64,000 bases of DNA from Candidatus Bathyarchaeota archaeon (GTDB lineage Archaea > Thermoproteota > Bathyarchaeia > Bathyarchaeales > Bathycorpusculaceae): assembly GCA_963780185.1 (NCBI GenBank), contig CAWABA010000006.1, positions 881,404 to 945,403 of the forward strand, written 5' to 3'. Made by a program: the position numbers and the translations under genes. The notes under the pieces were generated by a model. That model saw only the letters and a program-made list of their open reading frames with translations. It made no database searches and was not told where the DNA came from. Shown piece by piece: positions 10,863-21,108 of the stretch (positions within the stretch are counted from its first letter, which is position 1; every line of letters begins with the position of its first letter).

Positions 10863-12082
10863 TCACTGACTTGGGTTAGCGTTTTTTCGATGCCTTCTAA
10901 AAAACATGATAGAAATGACAACTATCGCTAATATCACGATAGCAATTATTAACAGTTGAAACCAAGAACCTATCGTCAATATTGGATTTGGCGTTTAGAC
11001 TACTGTGGGAATATCAACAGGTTGAGCTATTGGATGATGGTCAACATTATTCTGGTTAATAACGTAGCTTCCACCACCATTGTAATCACTCCAGTAGTTG
11101 CCAACTTTGCCGTTATCCCATGAAACTACTACTGTGCCGTTTGCTATTCCCGTGGAATTGTATGGATAGCTATTTTCAATCTTGACATTTTGCTTCGTGT
11201 TGTTAACAAAATTGTTGTTGTAAACTATGTTATTCGAACCTTGTGTTGGTCCAATATTTGACGTCACACTGACTATGAGGAAGTTCCTAAGATTAATTCC
11301 ATAGCTGTTGTCCTGCACGTTGTTCTCGCGAACGATTGTGTTGTTGCAGTTTCAAAGTCTAATCCAACCTTGTATCTGTCTTCAGTCTCATCATATCCAC
11401 GGCTCCGGTTATGTTATTGCGGTAGATGTAACACCTGAGACACCTGCAAGGGAAATACCGTATGAATTGTCAAGATATTGTTGCCCGCTATCATTCAAAT
11501 TCTTCGTTTGGAGTGCATCGATGCCTCTATAGTTCATTGATATTACGTTATTTGAAATGGCGCTATTAATAGTTTCTCTCAAGGTAGATGCCGTCTCCAT
11601 TATTTGTGATGGTATTTCCGGCAATGAAAACCGGCGGAGTTCAATCCAATTCAAGTCCAAAAGAATTGTTCGCTATGTAATTTCGGTTAATCGAATTCCA
11701 GCAACTTGATTTGGGCTTCGAGTTACAATCGCCTCATGGCAATTTCAGATAGTGAACCCTGAACGAGGACGTTTGAGAAAAAATAACAATACTCTCTCCA
11801 CCTTGGTTAATGTTTATTCCCAACTAAAACAGTGCTTTGTTCGTCCGTCCAACTAGTTCAAGGGTTTATTTATTTCCAAACCAAGTGCAAGATAATTTCC
11901 TCTCTTTACAAATACGGTTCTCCTTGCGCTAGCATTTCCGATGGCGGCGTAAATAGTTGGATATTGATCAGAACAATTCAGGGTTTTGGTTTTCGCCTTA
12001 ACTATTCCGGGATAAAAACTAACTGTGGAGATTAAAAGTACCAAAACAAGCAGTAAACCCAAAGTCTTGTATTACTACCCAT
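10863..12082 (-). pseudogene. decayed NosD/beta-helix surface protein
   Basis: Fragments: signal peptide plus DQYPTI.AAIGNA..., NNIVYNNNFVNN, WDNGKVGNYWSDY..DHHP, C-terminal TM; many stops and frameshifts. Confidence 0.75.
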
Positions 12083-12133
12083 ATTTAGCTATATGAACTA
12101 AAAAGCGATGAAAAGGCTATTCGTAAAAGATTC

Positions 12134-12166
12134 TTGACTGGATTTAGTCAAAGTTTCTTGACTAAA
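12134..12166. promoter_or_regulatory. palindromic operator candidate TTGACT-N6-AGTCAA plus third half-site
   Basis: TTGACTggatttAGTCAAagtttcTTGACT, 52 bp upstream of the NosD start; same motif 50 bp upstream of the gene at 20909. Confidence 0.55.
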
Positions 12167-12623
12167 ATGAATTTGGAGCTAACTCTCATTAGGTAGAATC
12201 CAATTGCTGTTGAAAGTCCGCCTATGAAACACCCAAAGGCAAATGCGAAAATTGAATACTCAACAGCTCGTTGACAGGGCAGAACTATAGTCTGGAAACC
12301 TTGAAGGATGCTGGGCTAAAGGTTTACACTGTTTTCATAGTTTGAAAGATTTACAAAACTACCGATAGCTGTTCCTAAAAGGATATAGATTCCAATGGCA
12401 ATGACAATCCAACTGCACACCAGAAAAGCTTTGACTTCCCTTTCAGCATAGCAGTCACATCAAGGATGTATCGTTTGTTCAGAATTTAATAACTTCCATG
12501 ATTTTACGCTTCAAAGTTAGTTCTTAAGGGTCTTTATATCCAAAGTTGACCACTCAGGGGTCCAAACTTGGGAAGAACTTAATGGTGACCTACAAAAGGC
12601 AGAATCAAACCCTAAATTAAGAA

Positions 12624-12666
12624 TGGTGGCGGGTCCGATGAGATTTGAACCCACGACTTTCAGCTT
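12624..12666 (-). mobile_element. 3' half of tRNA-Arg (att-like scar of an integrated element)
   Basis: AAGCTGAAAGTCGTGGGTTCAAATCTCATCGGACCCGCCACCA matches the 3' half of the tRNAs at 15739 and 18166; homology stops in the anticodon loop. Confidence 0.8.
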
Positions 12667-13306
12667 GAAAAAAGTCAAGATAAGTATGCCTATTATGCGG
12701 GAAACACGAGGCGAACGCCAACGTATGCAAAGATCGTTTTTCAACTTGTTTGCTGGCAAAAGGGCAATAGGACTTTTCAGCTATGAATAATTAAGTTGCC
12801 AATTTTTTCAAAACGGGAAATTCCATGTTAACACCCAACCGCCTGATAATAGCCAAACGCAGTTTAAGGCGGCAGAATTACCTTATTAATGTATATTCCC
12901 ACCTGTGGAATATCGTTTTTATAGTGTTTAGCACGGCATTTGACGGATGTTATCAATTCCTAAAACAAACCAGTACACTGTGCACGTTGGTTCGAGGTAC
13001 GCTGTAAACGACAAGCTTAAGGTCAAAGTCACAGCTGTCAATAAATTCTTATTAAACATGATAAAGCCTTGCTTGGAGAGGCAAAAACGCTTTGAGGCTA
13101 AAATAGTCACAACCGCAAAAGAAGATGCGCACAGAATTCGAAATGTTACCAATGATGTTGCAGCACTTGGTTTTGAAATACTAGAAAAAAAGGGATTACA
13201 ATTCTTAAAAGAGTTTAGGAAAAGTTCTACAAGCATTTCCTTTTTTCGCTCAGTCACGAAAGTGACGACTTGCAGCATCATTGCCAAATAGCGGAGAGTC
13301 CATGAG

Positions 13307-14611
13307 TTGAGTCAAGAACCTTTTGTTAAAACACTTATTGACCTCGGACTTACGAGCATGGAGGCCAAAGTCTATCTTTTCTTGGCAAAAAAAGGGACTG
13401 AAAAAGGAAAAAACGTTGTCAACGCACTGAAAATGAACAGGCAACAGGTCTATCGGAACTTGAAAAGCCTGCAAAACAAAGGAATCGTAAGCTCCACGTT
13501 TGAACATCCCGCTCGTTTTCAAGCTGTTTCTTTTGAGAAAATACTCGACATGTTCATCCAATCCAAAATAGAGGAAGCACGGCAGATGCAGCAAAATAAG
13601 ACTGAAATTCTTTCCAATTGGCAATCAATCGAATTGAGAGAAACTGTTGATACATCTGCAAGGTTCATGATCATCCAAGGCAGCAACTACATTCAATCCA
13701 AAATCTTACAGATAATAAATGAGACCAAAAGTCAATTGTCTGTATATCAACAGTTCAAGGACTGGGCTATGTTCACCAGTTAGGCTTTTTTGACGCCGCC
13801 TGTAAACATCCTTTAAAATCTCAAGTTCAATTCAGATTTCTCACTGAATTGTCTCAAGAAAACGTTGAATCGATGAAGGGTTTCCTTAAGATGAAGACAA
13901 ATGCCAAACTTAATTTTCAAGCCCGCGACGTAGGTTCTAGTCTGAAGGCTTATTCCCAGATTAGTTATAAAAGATGAAGAAGAACTTGTCTTTTTCATAT
14001 CATCCGCAGTGAACGCATCAACAGCAGAACAAGAAGATACAGGAATATGGACCAACAGCAAGGCTCTTGTTCATGCTTTCAAAGCTCTTTTCGAAGAATT
14101 ATGGCGAAATTCATCAGACATTCAGAAAAAGCTATTTGAGATCAAGACAGGCCAACCAACCCCAGAAACCTACGTCATTAGGGGTGCAGAAGGGGCCTAC
14201 AAGAAGTACGTTGAGACCATAGATTCAGCAAAAAAAGAGATTGTTAGCATTACCTCTTCAAACGGCATCATCAAATTCTGGAAAAATGCACCGCCCATGA
14301 AGAAGCCGACTAAAAAAAACCTCATTATCAAAATAATGACGACAATAACAAATGAAAACTTGGAATTAGCGCAGCAACTGCCGAAGTACGTCGAGGTTCG
14401 GGACATCCCAACAGATTATTTGGGGATTACAGTAGTTGATGGAAAGCACCTCTTCATATTCAAGACGCCTTCGTCTACTCGAGAAAAGCTGGACGCTTTA
14501 TCTTATTTTGAAGACACTTTTTACACTAATGATTTAGAATTTGTGGAAAGCGCAAAGGATACGCTTATGAGCATTTGGAAAAGTGCGTCTCCGCTTTCGG
14601 CATCAACGTAG
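13307..14611 (+). pseudogene. TrmB-family transcriptional regulator (HTH plus PLD-like effector domains), fragmented
   Basis: LGLT..EAKVY..L...VYR.LKSLQNKGIV....P..F.A in 13307..13783; continuation WTNSKALV in 14009..14611; several breaks. Confidence 0.75.
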
Positions 14612-14837
14612 CAGTGCAGTCGATAACGAGCTCTTCTGCGCGCATTGTTTTGGCTCCAGAGACTGTCTTCAAGATTGTAGAAATAATGGCAAAGAAAAAC
14701 GCAAACGCATCTTTGAAAAACATTCGCAGTTTGTTCCTACTGTGGCAGTCCGTAACTTCGACGTCAAACTAGCAAATATAAGAATTCACCCCACTCATAC
14801 AGCTTCAATCTTGGAAACACGCTACGGAGCAACTTAA

Positions 14838-15677
14838 ATGGTTGAGAAAACTAACAATGAAAATTTTACTCATGTTTTGTATGTTGATGATGATGTCAGT
14901 TTATTAGAGCTTTCAAAGCAAATTTTGGAAAGTGAGAGAAAATTTAAGGTTGAAACGGCAGCTTCAGTCGACGAGGCTTTCAAGAAACTGGGGCAATTTC
15001 ATTTCGACGTTGTTGTTTCAGATTACGATATGCCTGGAAAAAACGGGTTGCAATTTCTTGAGGAACTGAGGAAAAGTGCAAGCAGCATTCCTTTTATCCT
15101 TTTCACGGGCAAAGGAAGAGAACAGGTGGCATTAGAAGCGCTGAACCTTGGCGCGTTCAGGTACTTGAACAAGCAGGGCGATCCCGAAGTGGTTTATACT
15201 GAGCTCGCGTCCTGTATCCAGCAAGCTGCGGATCAAGCGAAAGCGCAAAACGCCATCAACCAAGGTGAAGAACGATTCCGCGCAATTTTTGAGGCGACAA
15301 GCGACGCAATCATTGTGATAGATGACGAAGGAACAATTGCAAATTTGAATGAAGCCGCTTTGGAAATGTTCAGGTGCACAAGGGAAGTGGTTGGTCAAGG
15401 TTTCTTCGAACTATTTGGCCGACAGTTTTCAGGAGCCTCGAAGCAAATTGTGCTTGAAGGAATCAAGAAATTCGCTACTGAAAACAAGCAAAAAATGGCA
15501 GGCAAAATGATTGAGCTTTCTCTTAGGCATAACACAGGCGAAGAGAGAATTATTGAGATGAATGCATCGGTCTTCGAACAGAACAATCGTTTGTACTCCT
15601 TAGCACTAATCAGAGACGTAACTGAACGTAAAGAACGAAAGACGCAACAAAAGGGCAAAGTTCGAAAAAATTTTTGA
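14838..15677 (+). CDS. REC-PAS signalling protein, probably a C-terminally truncated hybrid histidine kinase
   Basis: VLYVDDD, VVSDYDMPGKNG, FILFTGKG; PAS (FRAIFE..SDAI) ending RDVTERK with no kinase domain after it. Confidence 0.85.
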   Translation: MVEKTNNENFTHVLYVDDDVSLLELSKQILESERKFKVETAASVDEAFKKLGQFHFDVVVSDYDMPGKNGLQFLEELRKSASSIPFILFTGKGREQVALEALNLGAFRYLNKQGDPEVVYTELASCIQQAADQAKAQNAINQGEERFRAIFEATSDAIIVIDDEGTIANLNEAALEMFRCTREVVGQGFFELFGRQFSGASKQIVLEGIKKFATENKQKMAGKMIELSLRHNTGEERIIEMNASVFEQNNRLYSLALIRDVTERKERKTQQKGKVRKNF

Positions 15678-15738
15678 AAGCACCTGCACCTTTCAGAAGG
15701 CCGATTTTCCACTTTTAGTTAAATATCGTAAAAAGCAA

Positions 15739-15813
15739 CGGGTCCGGTGGGATTTGAACCCACGACTTTCAGCTTAGAAGGCTGACGCGCTATCCGTACT
15801 GCGCCACGGACCC
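15739..15813 (-). tRNA. tRNA-Arg(TCT), copy 1 (no encoded CCA)
   Basis: GGGTCCG/CGGACCC acceptor stem, anticodon arm TCAGC-CTTCTAA-GCTGA, T arm GTGGG-TTCAAAT-CCCAC. Confidence 0.95.
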
Positions 15814-15819
15814 ACTTTG

Positions 15820-16121
15820 TGCATCAACGAAATCCCCTCTGCAGTTTTAAGCTTTTTCTTCCCGCCCGCAAAGAAATTGAGGCGCAGCTTGGCTGCACTG
15901 GACTTTTTAAATGCGTAGAGCCGTTTAGCCTCCTATGCGCATAGAAAAAAACAGTTATCGACACTTTTCCAAGGCTCAAACCCGTGGTTGAGCTGCAGCT
16001 CCGCTTCGGCGTAGACTTTGTTGTGGACGGCGAACAGCGGTGCAACATGATCCAGTACTTCAGCCAAATCCCTGGTTTAGAGCCTTATGGCAGTAGCGGC
16101 TGCGTAGGCCAGGGCATCTGA
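15820..16121 (+). pseudogene. N-terminal remnant of a MetE-like (cobalamin-independent type) methionine synthase
   Basis: 15981..16121 reads PVVELQLRFGVDFVVDGEQRCNMIQYFSQIPGL (DGEQ.R..M..YF motif) then stops; upstream part is degraded. Confidence 0.6.
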
Positions 16122-16232
16122 AGTCGTTATATTTCGCAGCAATCGTTTTTTTGTATATTTCTGAAATAGACCGCTTGGCTTAATAGCATGTTATCGATGT
16201 TGATCAATAAATATTCAGGAAGGGCGAAGAAA

Positions 16233-18089
16233 ATGAAAACTAAAATTTTGGCAATAATACTGGTGACGCTATTCGCGTTTTCGGCGCTTTTATTCATAAC
16301 TATTCCAAAGGTGTCTGCTGATACAAGCGTGTTTGGTAACGCAGCTCAGTCGGGCTCAACTTACTACGGCTTAGATGTCATATACGGGTCAACATACACC
16401 AATACATTAACTGGCCACGCCGACAGCATGAGTGTCTACATAAGCTATGCCCCAGGCACGGCATATATTGGAGTCAAAACCACATCTAACAGGAATTCTG
16501 ACGGCATCATAAACACGATGAGAGGCCAAGCGATTACACCAACAACCGCAATCGTAGCAACAAGCATAACCGCACATATATCCTGCACAAGCACGGCACA
16601 TAACGTGCAAGCAGCCATATACGACTCAAGCGGCAATCTAGTAGCTTCAAGCAATGCTCAATCAGTTGGAACGACGTCTGGTGCAGACCAAACCTTCACG
16701 CTTACATCAAACCCCACGCTATCTGCTTCGAAGACTTACATCGCAGTAGTTTGGGCTCAAACAGCAAACGGCAACTGCAACCTAATTTATACCTCTAGCA
16801 GCAGCAGCGGCAGAAACTCAGCACAAACCTATGGGAATTGGCCTACATCGGTGACTTTTAGTTCCGTTAGCCGAACATATGCTATCTGCGTCAACTACCA
16901 AAAAACAGCCAACATCCAATGCGCCATATATACTCCTAATTCCTCGGGAATTTCCACTGTGCAAGTCGGCATAACCGCGCAAAAAACACTATCTTACACT
17001 CCTCAAGGTTGGGTAACATTAAACTTTATCAATAAACCACTTCTTACCGCTGGAACCGACTACATCCTTTGCCTTTGGTCATCTGATTCTGGCGTAAATT
17101 TCTTCTATACTGGAACAGCCAAGGATGCTTGGGCAGGAAGTCAAGGCGGAACCTTTAGCTCTCCAACATCTGCAGTTCTCTATCATGCCCTGGACTATGG
17201 CTATAACATCTGCTGCACGGTCAAATCATCCTACACAATCACTGCGTCAGCGGATTCAAACGGCAACATCAACCCCTCAGGCAGCGTAGACGTGCCATAC
17301 AATAACAATCAACAATTCACAATCACTCCGAACATAGGATACCACATAGCAGACGTATTGATAGACGGCAGCTCCGCGGGCCCAATAAGCACATACACTT
17401 TCCCAACAGTTACAGCTGACCACACCATCGCAGCAAGCTTCGCAATCAACACCTACCAAATCACGGTGACACAAACCCCCTACGGCACCATAAGCCCGGG
17501 GACAACCACAGTTAACTACGGTGACAGCCAAACATTCAGCGTAACGCCCGATGCGGGCTACCACATAGTTGACGTATCGGTGGATGGCAACTCAGTTGGC
17601 GCCGTATCCTCATACAAATTCACAAGCGTCGATGCCCAGCACACGATCACCGCAAGTTTTGCCATCACACAATTTTCATCGCATCTGACATTGTACTGTG
17701 CGCCTGATACGGTTGACAAACCGGCAACCACCGTGGTTCAAGGTTCCCTATCAACAATCGACGGTACACCAATCGCTGGTCAAACAGTCACTTTGACATA
17801 CAACAACGCTGGAACATGGGAAAGCATAGGTACGGCAACAACGCTGCCAGACGGCTCCTACTCGTACTCTTGGACGGTGCCTTCAAGCTTGGCTAATGGA
17901 TTCTATGTAGTTCAAGCAAGCTATGCAGGCGACGGCAACGTGTATCTGCCAACAAGCGTGCAAACTACGGGGAACGGCGATGGACTTTTCGTTTTGCCTG
18001 AGTACGCTTTAGGCGGGCTTGCGGCGTTTGGTGCGTGCCTTGCAGGATTTGTCGTCGTTAAAGTACGGTGCAGGCGCAAAACAGTTTAA
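16233..18089 (+). CDS. secreted surface protein: nested beta-sandwich domains, two InlB B-repeat-like repeats, Ig-like domain, PEF-type C-terminal sorting/TM
   Basis: Signal peptide; 2x YTIT....G.I.P.G...V.Y...Q.F...P..GYHI.DV..DG; VLPEY plus TM plus basic tail. Confidence 0.85.
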   Translation: MKTKILAIILVTLFAFSALLFITIPKVSADTSVFGNAAQSGSTYYGLDVIYGSTYTNTLTGHADSMSVYISYAPGTAYIGVKTTSNRNSDGIINTMRGQAITPTTAIVATSITAHISCTSTAHNVQAAIYDSSGNLVASSNAQSVGTTSGADQTFTLTSNPTLSASKTYIAVVWAQTANGNCNLIYTSSSSSGRNSAQTYGNWPTSVTFSSVSRTYAICVNYQKTANIQCAIYTPNSSGISTVQVGITAQKTLSYTPQGWVTLNFINKPLLTAGTDYILCLWSSDSGVNFFYTGTAKDAWAGSQGGTFSSPTSAVLYHALDYGYNICCTVKSSYTITASADSNGNINPSGSVDVPYNNNQQFTITPNIGYHIADVLIDGSSAGPISTYTFPTVTADHTIAASFAINTYQITVTQTPYGTISPGTTTVNYGDSQTFSVTPDAGYHIVDVSVDGNSVGAVSSYKFTSVDAQHTITASFAITQFSSHLTLYCAPDTVDKPATTVVQGSLSTIDGTPIAGQTVTLTYNNAGTWESIGTATTLPDGSYSYSWTVPSSLANGFYVVQASYAGDGNVYLPTSVQTTGNGDGLFVLPEYALGGLAAFGACLAGFVVVKVRCRRKTV

Positions 18090-18165
18090 ACAACTCTTTT
18101 TCTTTCTTTTTTGTCAAAATTATGTAGGCAGACTATTTTTGCTTGTTGATGGTGAAGTTGAGGCT

Positions 18166-18243
18166 TGGCGGGTCCGATGGGATTTGAACCCATGACTTTC
18201 AGCTTAGAAGGCTGACGCGCTATCCGTACTGCGCCACGGACCC
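18166..18243 (-). tRNA. tRNA-Arg(TCT), copy 2 (encoded CCA)
   Basis: Same as copy 1 except T-stem ATGGG/CCCAT; ends GCCA. Confidence 0.95.
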
Positions 18244-18486
18244 CCATTTCGGGCACTGTAATGAAGACTCTTCATAATATAATTTTATCCTTTTAAGGAT
18301 GCATTTATCGCTATTCTTGGCTTGCTTTCGATTTAATCGTGTTGAATGCTTCTTGGGTTAGAAAATGTAAATAAGGCTGTTAGGCACCGTAAAGCTTTGG
18401 ACAATGAGAAAATCGAGGTACGGTGAAGCTGAAGGCGGGGAAATTAAGCTGGAGGCTGATGAAAGCTTTTTCCGCTATTGAGTCCA

Positions 18487-18518
18487 CAAAAAAGAAATGC
18501 GTCAGAAATATCTGACGC
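18487..18518 (-). terminator. hairpin plus U-tract after the wHTH gene
   Basis: GCGTCAGA-4nt-TCTGACGC followed on the minus strand by ATTTCTTTTTTT. Confidence 0.5.
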
Positions 18519-18565
18519 GAAATGTTCTTCTGCAAAATTCGTTGACGGAAGCGGTTTGGTGCGGT

Positions 18566-18838
18566 TTAGCTTTTCAAGAGGCGAAGTAGCTCGCTGCGTT
18601 TTTGAAGGAAATCTACGCCTTTTTCCGTGATAAAGTAAACTTCTTTTTGTTCGCTTAATGTTAGGGTTACGAATCCGTTGTCAAGCAAAAAATCCAGATA
18701 ATCGTTTAGCTGTGCGAAACTGAGGTTTGCCTTATACATAATTTGAGTCTTCAAACTGCCTTCCTTAACAGTTTCCAACATACTGGCAATTATGTCCAAT
18801 TTATTTCGTCTCTGCTTCACACCTTTAATATTAGTCAC
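18566..18838 (-). CDS. winged-helix (HTH_45-like) transcriptional regulator
   Basis: RRNKLDIIASML...KTQIMYKANLS...Y.ITEKG..FL. Confidence 0.9.
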   Translation of the reverse strand: MTNIKGVKQRRNKLDIIASMLETVKEGSLKTQIMYKANLSFAQLNDYLDFLLDNGFVTLTLSEQKEVYFITEKGVDFLQKRSELLRLLKS

Positions 18839-18907
18839 TTCTACCCAGCCCTCTTGCTCTATTCACGCTTTTAAATTTTTATAAAACCGACTATTTTGGT
18901 CTTTAAC

Positions 18908-19215
18908 GGGTTTTTTGCTGGTTTGGCTTTTTTTGGGTGTTTCTTTCTAGATTTTTTAAGTTGCGACTTTTGTTTTGGTGAAAGTTGCGACTTTCCGCTT
19001 TCGGGGTTTGTGTTTTGGGTTGCTTTTTTGGTTTAGACTTGGTTTCTGTTTGTCGTTGCGACTTTGGGATGGGCGGGATGCGACTTTGTATGTTGACTCT
19101 ATGTTGAAGTTATTGTCGCGTATGGGCGCTGCGACTTTCAGGGCGGCAGGTCGGTTTTGCTTGGGTTTGGTTTTCCGATTTTGGGCGCTTGAAGGTTTTT
19201 CCATGGTGCAACTTT
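18908..19215. repeat. G/T-skewed intergenic region with six TGCRACTTT motifs
   Basis: Motif ends at 18970, 18994, 19065, 19087, 19138, 19215; best copy AAAGTTGCGACTTT is a near-palindrome. Confidence 0.7.
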
Positions 19216-19622
19216 GGGGTTGGGCGATGAAGTGTCTTTTCCCTGCATTTTCGGCACTGCGTAAAAAAGCTAACGATAGAAGTCAAAATATTTCGCCTTC
19301 AAAGTCAAAATGCTTAGGGCATGGGAAAAGTCCATGCTTTTCACAAGTCACTTTCCTGTCACTGGTTGGTCCTGATTACCCGCCGTTAATTTTGCCATGT
19401 GTTAATGTTGGATACTTCTTGGAGTGCGCATTCCGATGTGGAAACAAGTGAAAAACCTGTTCAAAACACCAAAAAGAAGCGTAGAAACACAAAGAGAAAC
19501 GCAACTTCCACCAAACTTTCCTTTCCAACTACGCTTGGTCTTTCGCTAATCATACAGAATTTTTTTTGAGTGCCCCACATTCATTCTAAGTTTGCGATGT
19601 TACTTTGGAACCCAAATTTCAT

Positions 19623-20909
19623 TCAACTTTTGTACTTGTATTTCTTAAAGTAAACCAGTACGCCAGCTAATACCATTAGTGTAAGAAGCACTGGAATTGT
19701 CCAAACTTGCAACTCTGGAACGGAAGAAGTTGGTGAAAGGGAAGACGCAGGTGAACCCAGAGCATAAACGTTGCCATTGTTTTGTGAGCATACGTAGACT
19801 ACTCCATTGGCAATTGCTGGAGAAGAATAAACAACGCCGCTGGTTGTGTAATTCCAGAGGTTCATGCCGTTAGCGGCGTTTAAAGCATAAATGTTGTTGT
19901 CATTTGAGCCGATGTAGACTACACCATCCGCAACAGCAGGAGAAGACCAAACTTCGCCGGAGGTATCATAGCTCCATAGTTTTGTGCCGTTACTAGCATC
20001 TAGAGCATAAACCTCACCATTCTGTGAACCTATGTAGACTACTCCACTTACAACAGCAGGGGACGAACCAATAGGTGAGCCAACAGAATAATTCCAAAGT
20101 TTTGCACCACTCACAGCATCCAAAGCATAAACGTTACCATCATAGGAGCCTATGTAAACTGCGCCTTCGATTACTGCTGGAGAAGAAATAACTTCATCAC
20201 CAGTGGTGTAAGTCCATATTGCTGAGCCGTTGGCAGAGTTTAAGGCATAAATCTTGTCGTCTTTAGAGCCTATGTAAACTACGCCGTTTGTTACAGCGGG
20301 AGACGAATAAATTGGACCATTGGTTGTGTAATTCCAGAGTTTGCTGCCGTCTCCAGCTTTCAAAGCATATACATCACCTTTATTATTATATGAGCCGACG
20401 TAAACGACACCGTTGACAACTGTAGGAGACGAAAAAATAAAACCGCCGATGTTGGAACTCCAGACTTGGTCGCCATTAGCAGCGTTCAAAGCATAAACGA
20501 CACCGTTATCAGAACCGAAGTAGACTATACCATCTATAATGGTCGGAGAAGACTGAACTGGGTTGTGAAGAATAGTATAATTCCAAAGTTTTTTTCCGTC
20601 GGAAGTTTTCAAAGCATAAACATTGCCGTTATAATCAGTTTTGTTAAATGAGCCTACATAGACTGAACCGCCAACAACAGCAGGAGAGGACTGAATCTCG
20701 CCGTCAGGAGTATATTTCCAGAGTAGAGTGGGAGATAGCACGGAATTTCCTATTGCTACACCGCTATGAGATGGATTCGCTCGAAACATTGGCCAGTCGT
20801 TAGCTGAATAAGAAGCTTTCACGGTTGCGGAGGACAATGTCACAGTAGAAGTAAAGATAAAGAATAAGACAAGAAAAACTAAAGCGTAAATTGTGATTTT
20901 GCAACCCAT
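19623..20909 (-). CDS. PQQ-binding-like beta-propeller surface protein with VPE-type C-terminal TM
   Basis: WPMFR.N..HSG; eight SSPAV..GVVYIGS.D..VYAL.A..G..LW repeats; VPEL plus TM. Confidence 0.92.
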   Translation of the reverse strand: MGCKITIYALVFLVLFFIFTSTVTLSSATVKASYSANDWPMFRANPSHSGVAIGNSVLSPTLLWKYTPDGEIQSSPAVVGGSVYVGSFNKTDYNGNVYALKTSDGKKLWNYTILHNPVQSSPTIIDGIVYFGSDNGVVYALNAANGDQVWSSNIGGFIFSSPTVVNGVVYVGSYNNKGDVYALKAGDGSKLWNYTTNGPIYSSPAVTNGVVYIGSKDDKIYALNSANGSAIWTYTTGDEVISSPAVIEGAVYIGSYDGNVYALDAVSGAKLWNYSVGSPIGSSPAVVSGVVYIGSQNGEVYALDASNGTKLWSYDTSGEVWSSPAVADGVVYIGSNDNNIYALNAANGMNLWNYTTSGVVYSSPAIANGVVYVCSQNNGNVYALGSPASSLSPTSSVPELQVWTIPVLLTLMVLAGVLVYFKKYKYKS

Positions 20910-20958
20910 ACTTACATCTGGAACTGCCTTTTGTTATAAGGCTTCTCATAAAGTTCTC

Positions 20959-20976
20959 TTGACTGACGTTAGTCAA
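20959..20976. promoter_or_regulatory. palindromic operator candidate TTGACT-N6-AGTCAA
   Basis: TTGACTgacgttAGTCAA just upstream of the TATA-like CTTATAA (minus strand) of the propeller gene. Confidence 0.55.
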
Positions 20977-20980
20977 GGTT

Positions 20981-21108
20981 TGAGAACTGTGTGAAAACTA
21001 TTTTTAATTTCAGAAAATTGCTAAGTTTATTTCAATTTGGAAAAGCTTCAGGACGTGTTTTTAGAGCAGCAATTTCTAAAACTAAATTTGAGTTTTCACA
21101 CAGTCTCA
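20981..21108. mobile_element. MITE-like element (128 bp)
   Basis: Terminal IRs TGAGA(A)CTGTGTGAAAACT / AGTTTTCACACAGTCTCA, inner IRs AGAAAATTGCT / AGCAATTTCT; no ORF. Confidence 0.75.

Noticed and set aside
12667-13291. Integrase fragment beside the att scar
   Set aside because: ORFs 12928..13287 and 12947..13291 show no tyrosine-recombinase motifs.
18956-19451. ORFs 18956..19204 and 18975..19451 as genes
   Set aside because: Their composition is explained by the G/T skew and the DNA motif repeats.
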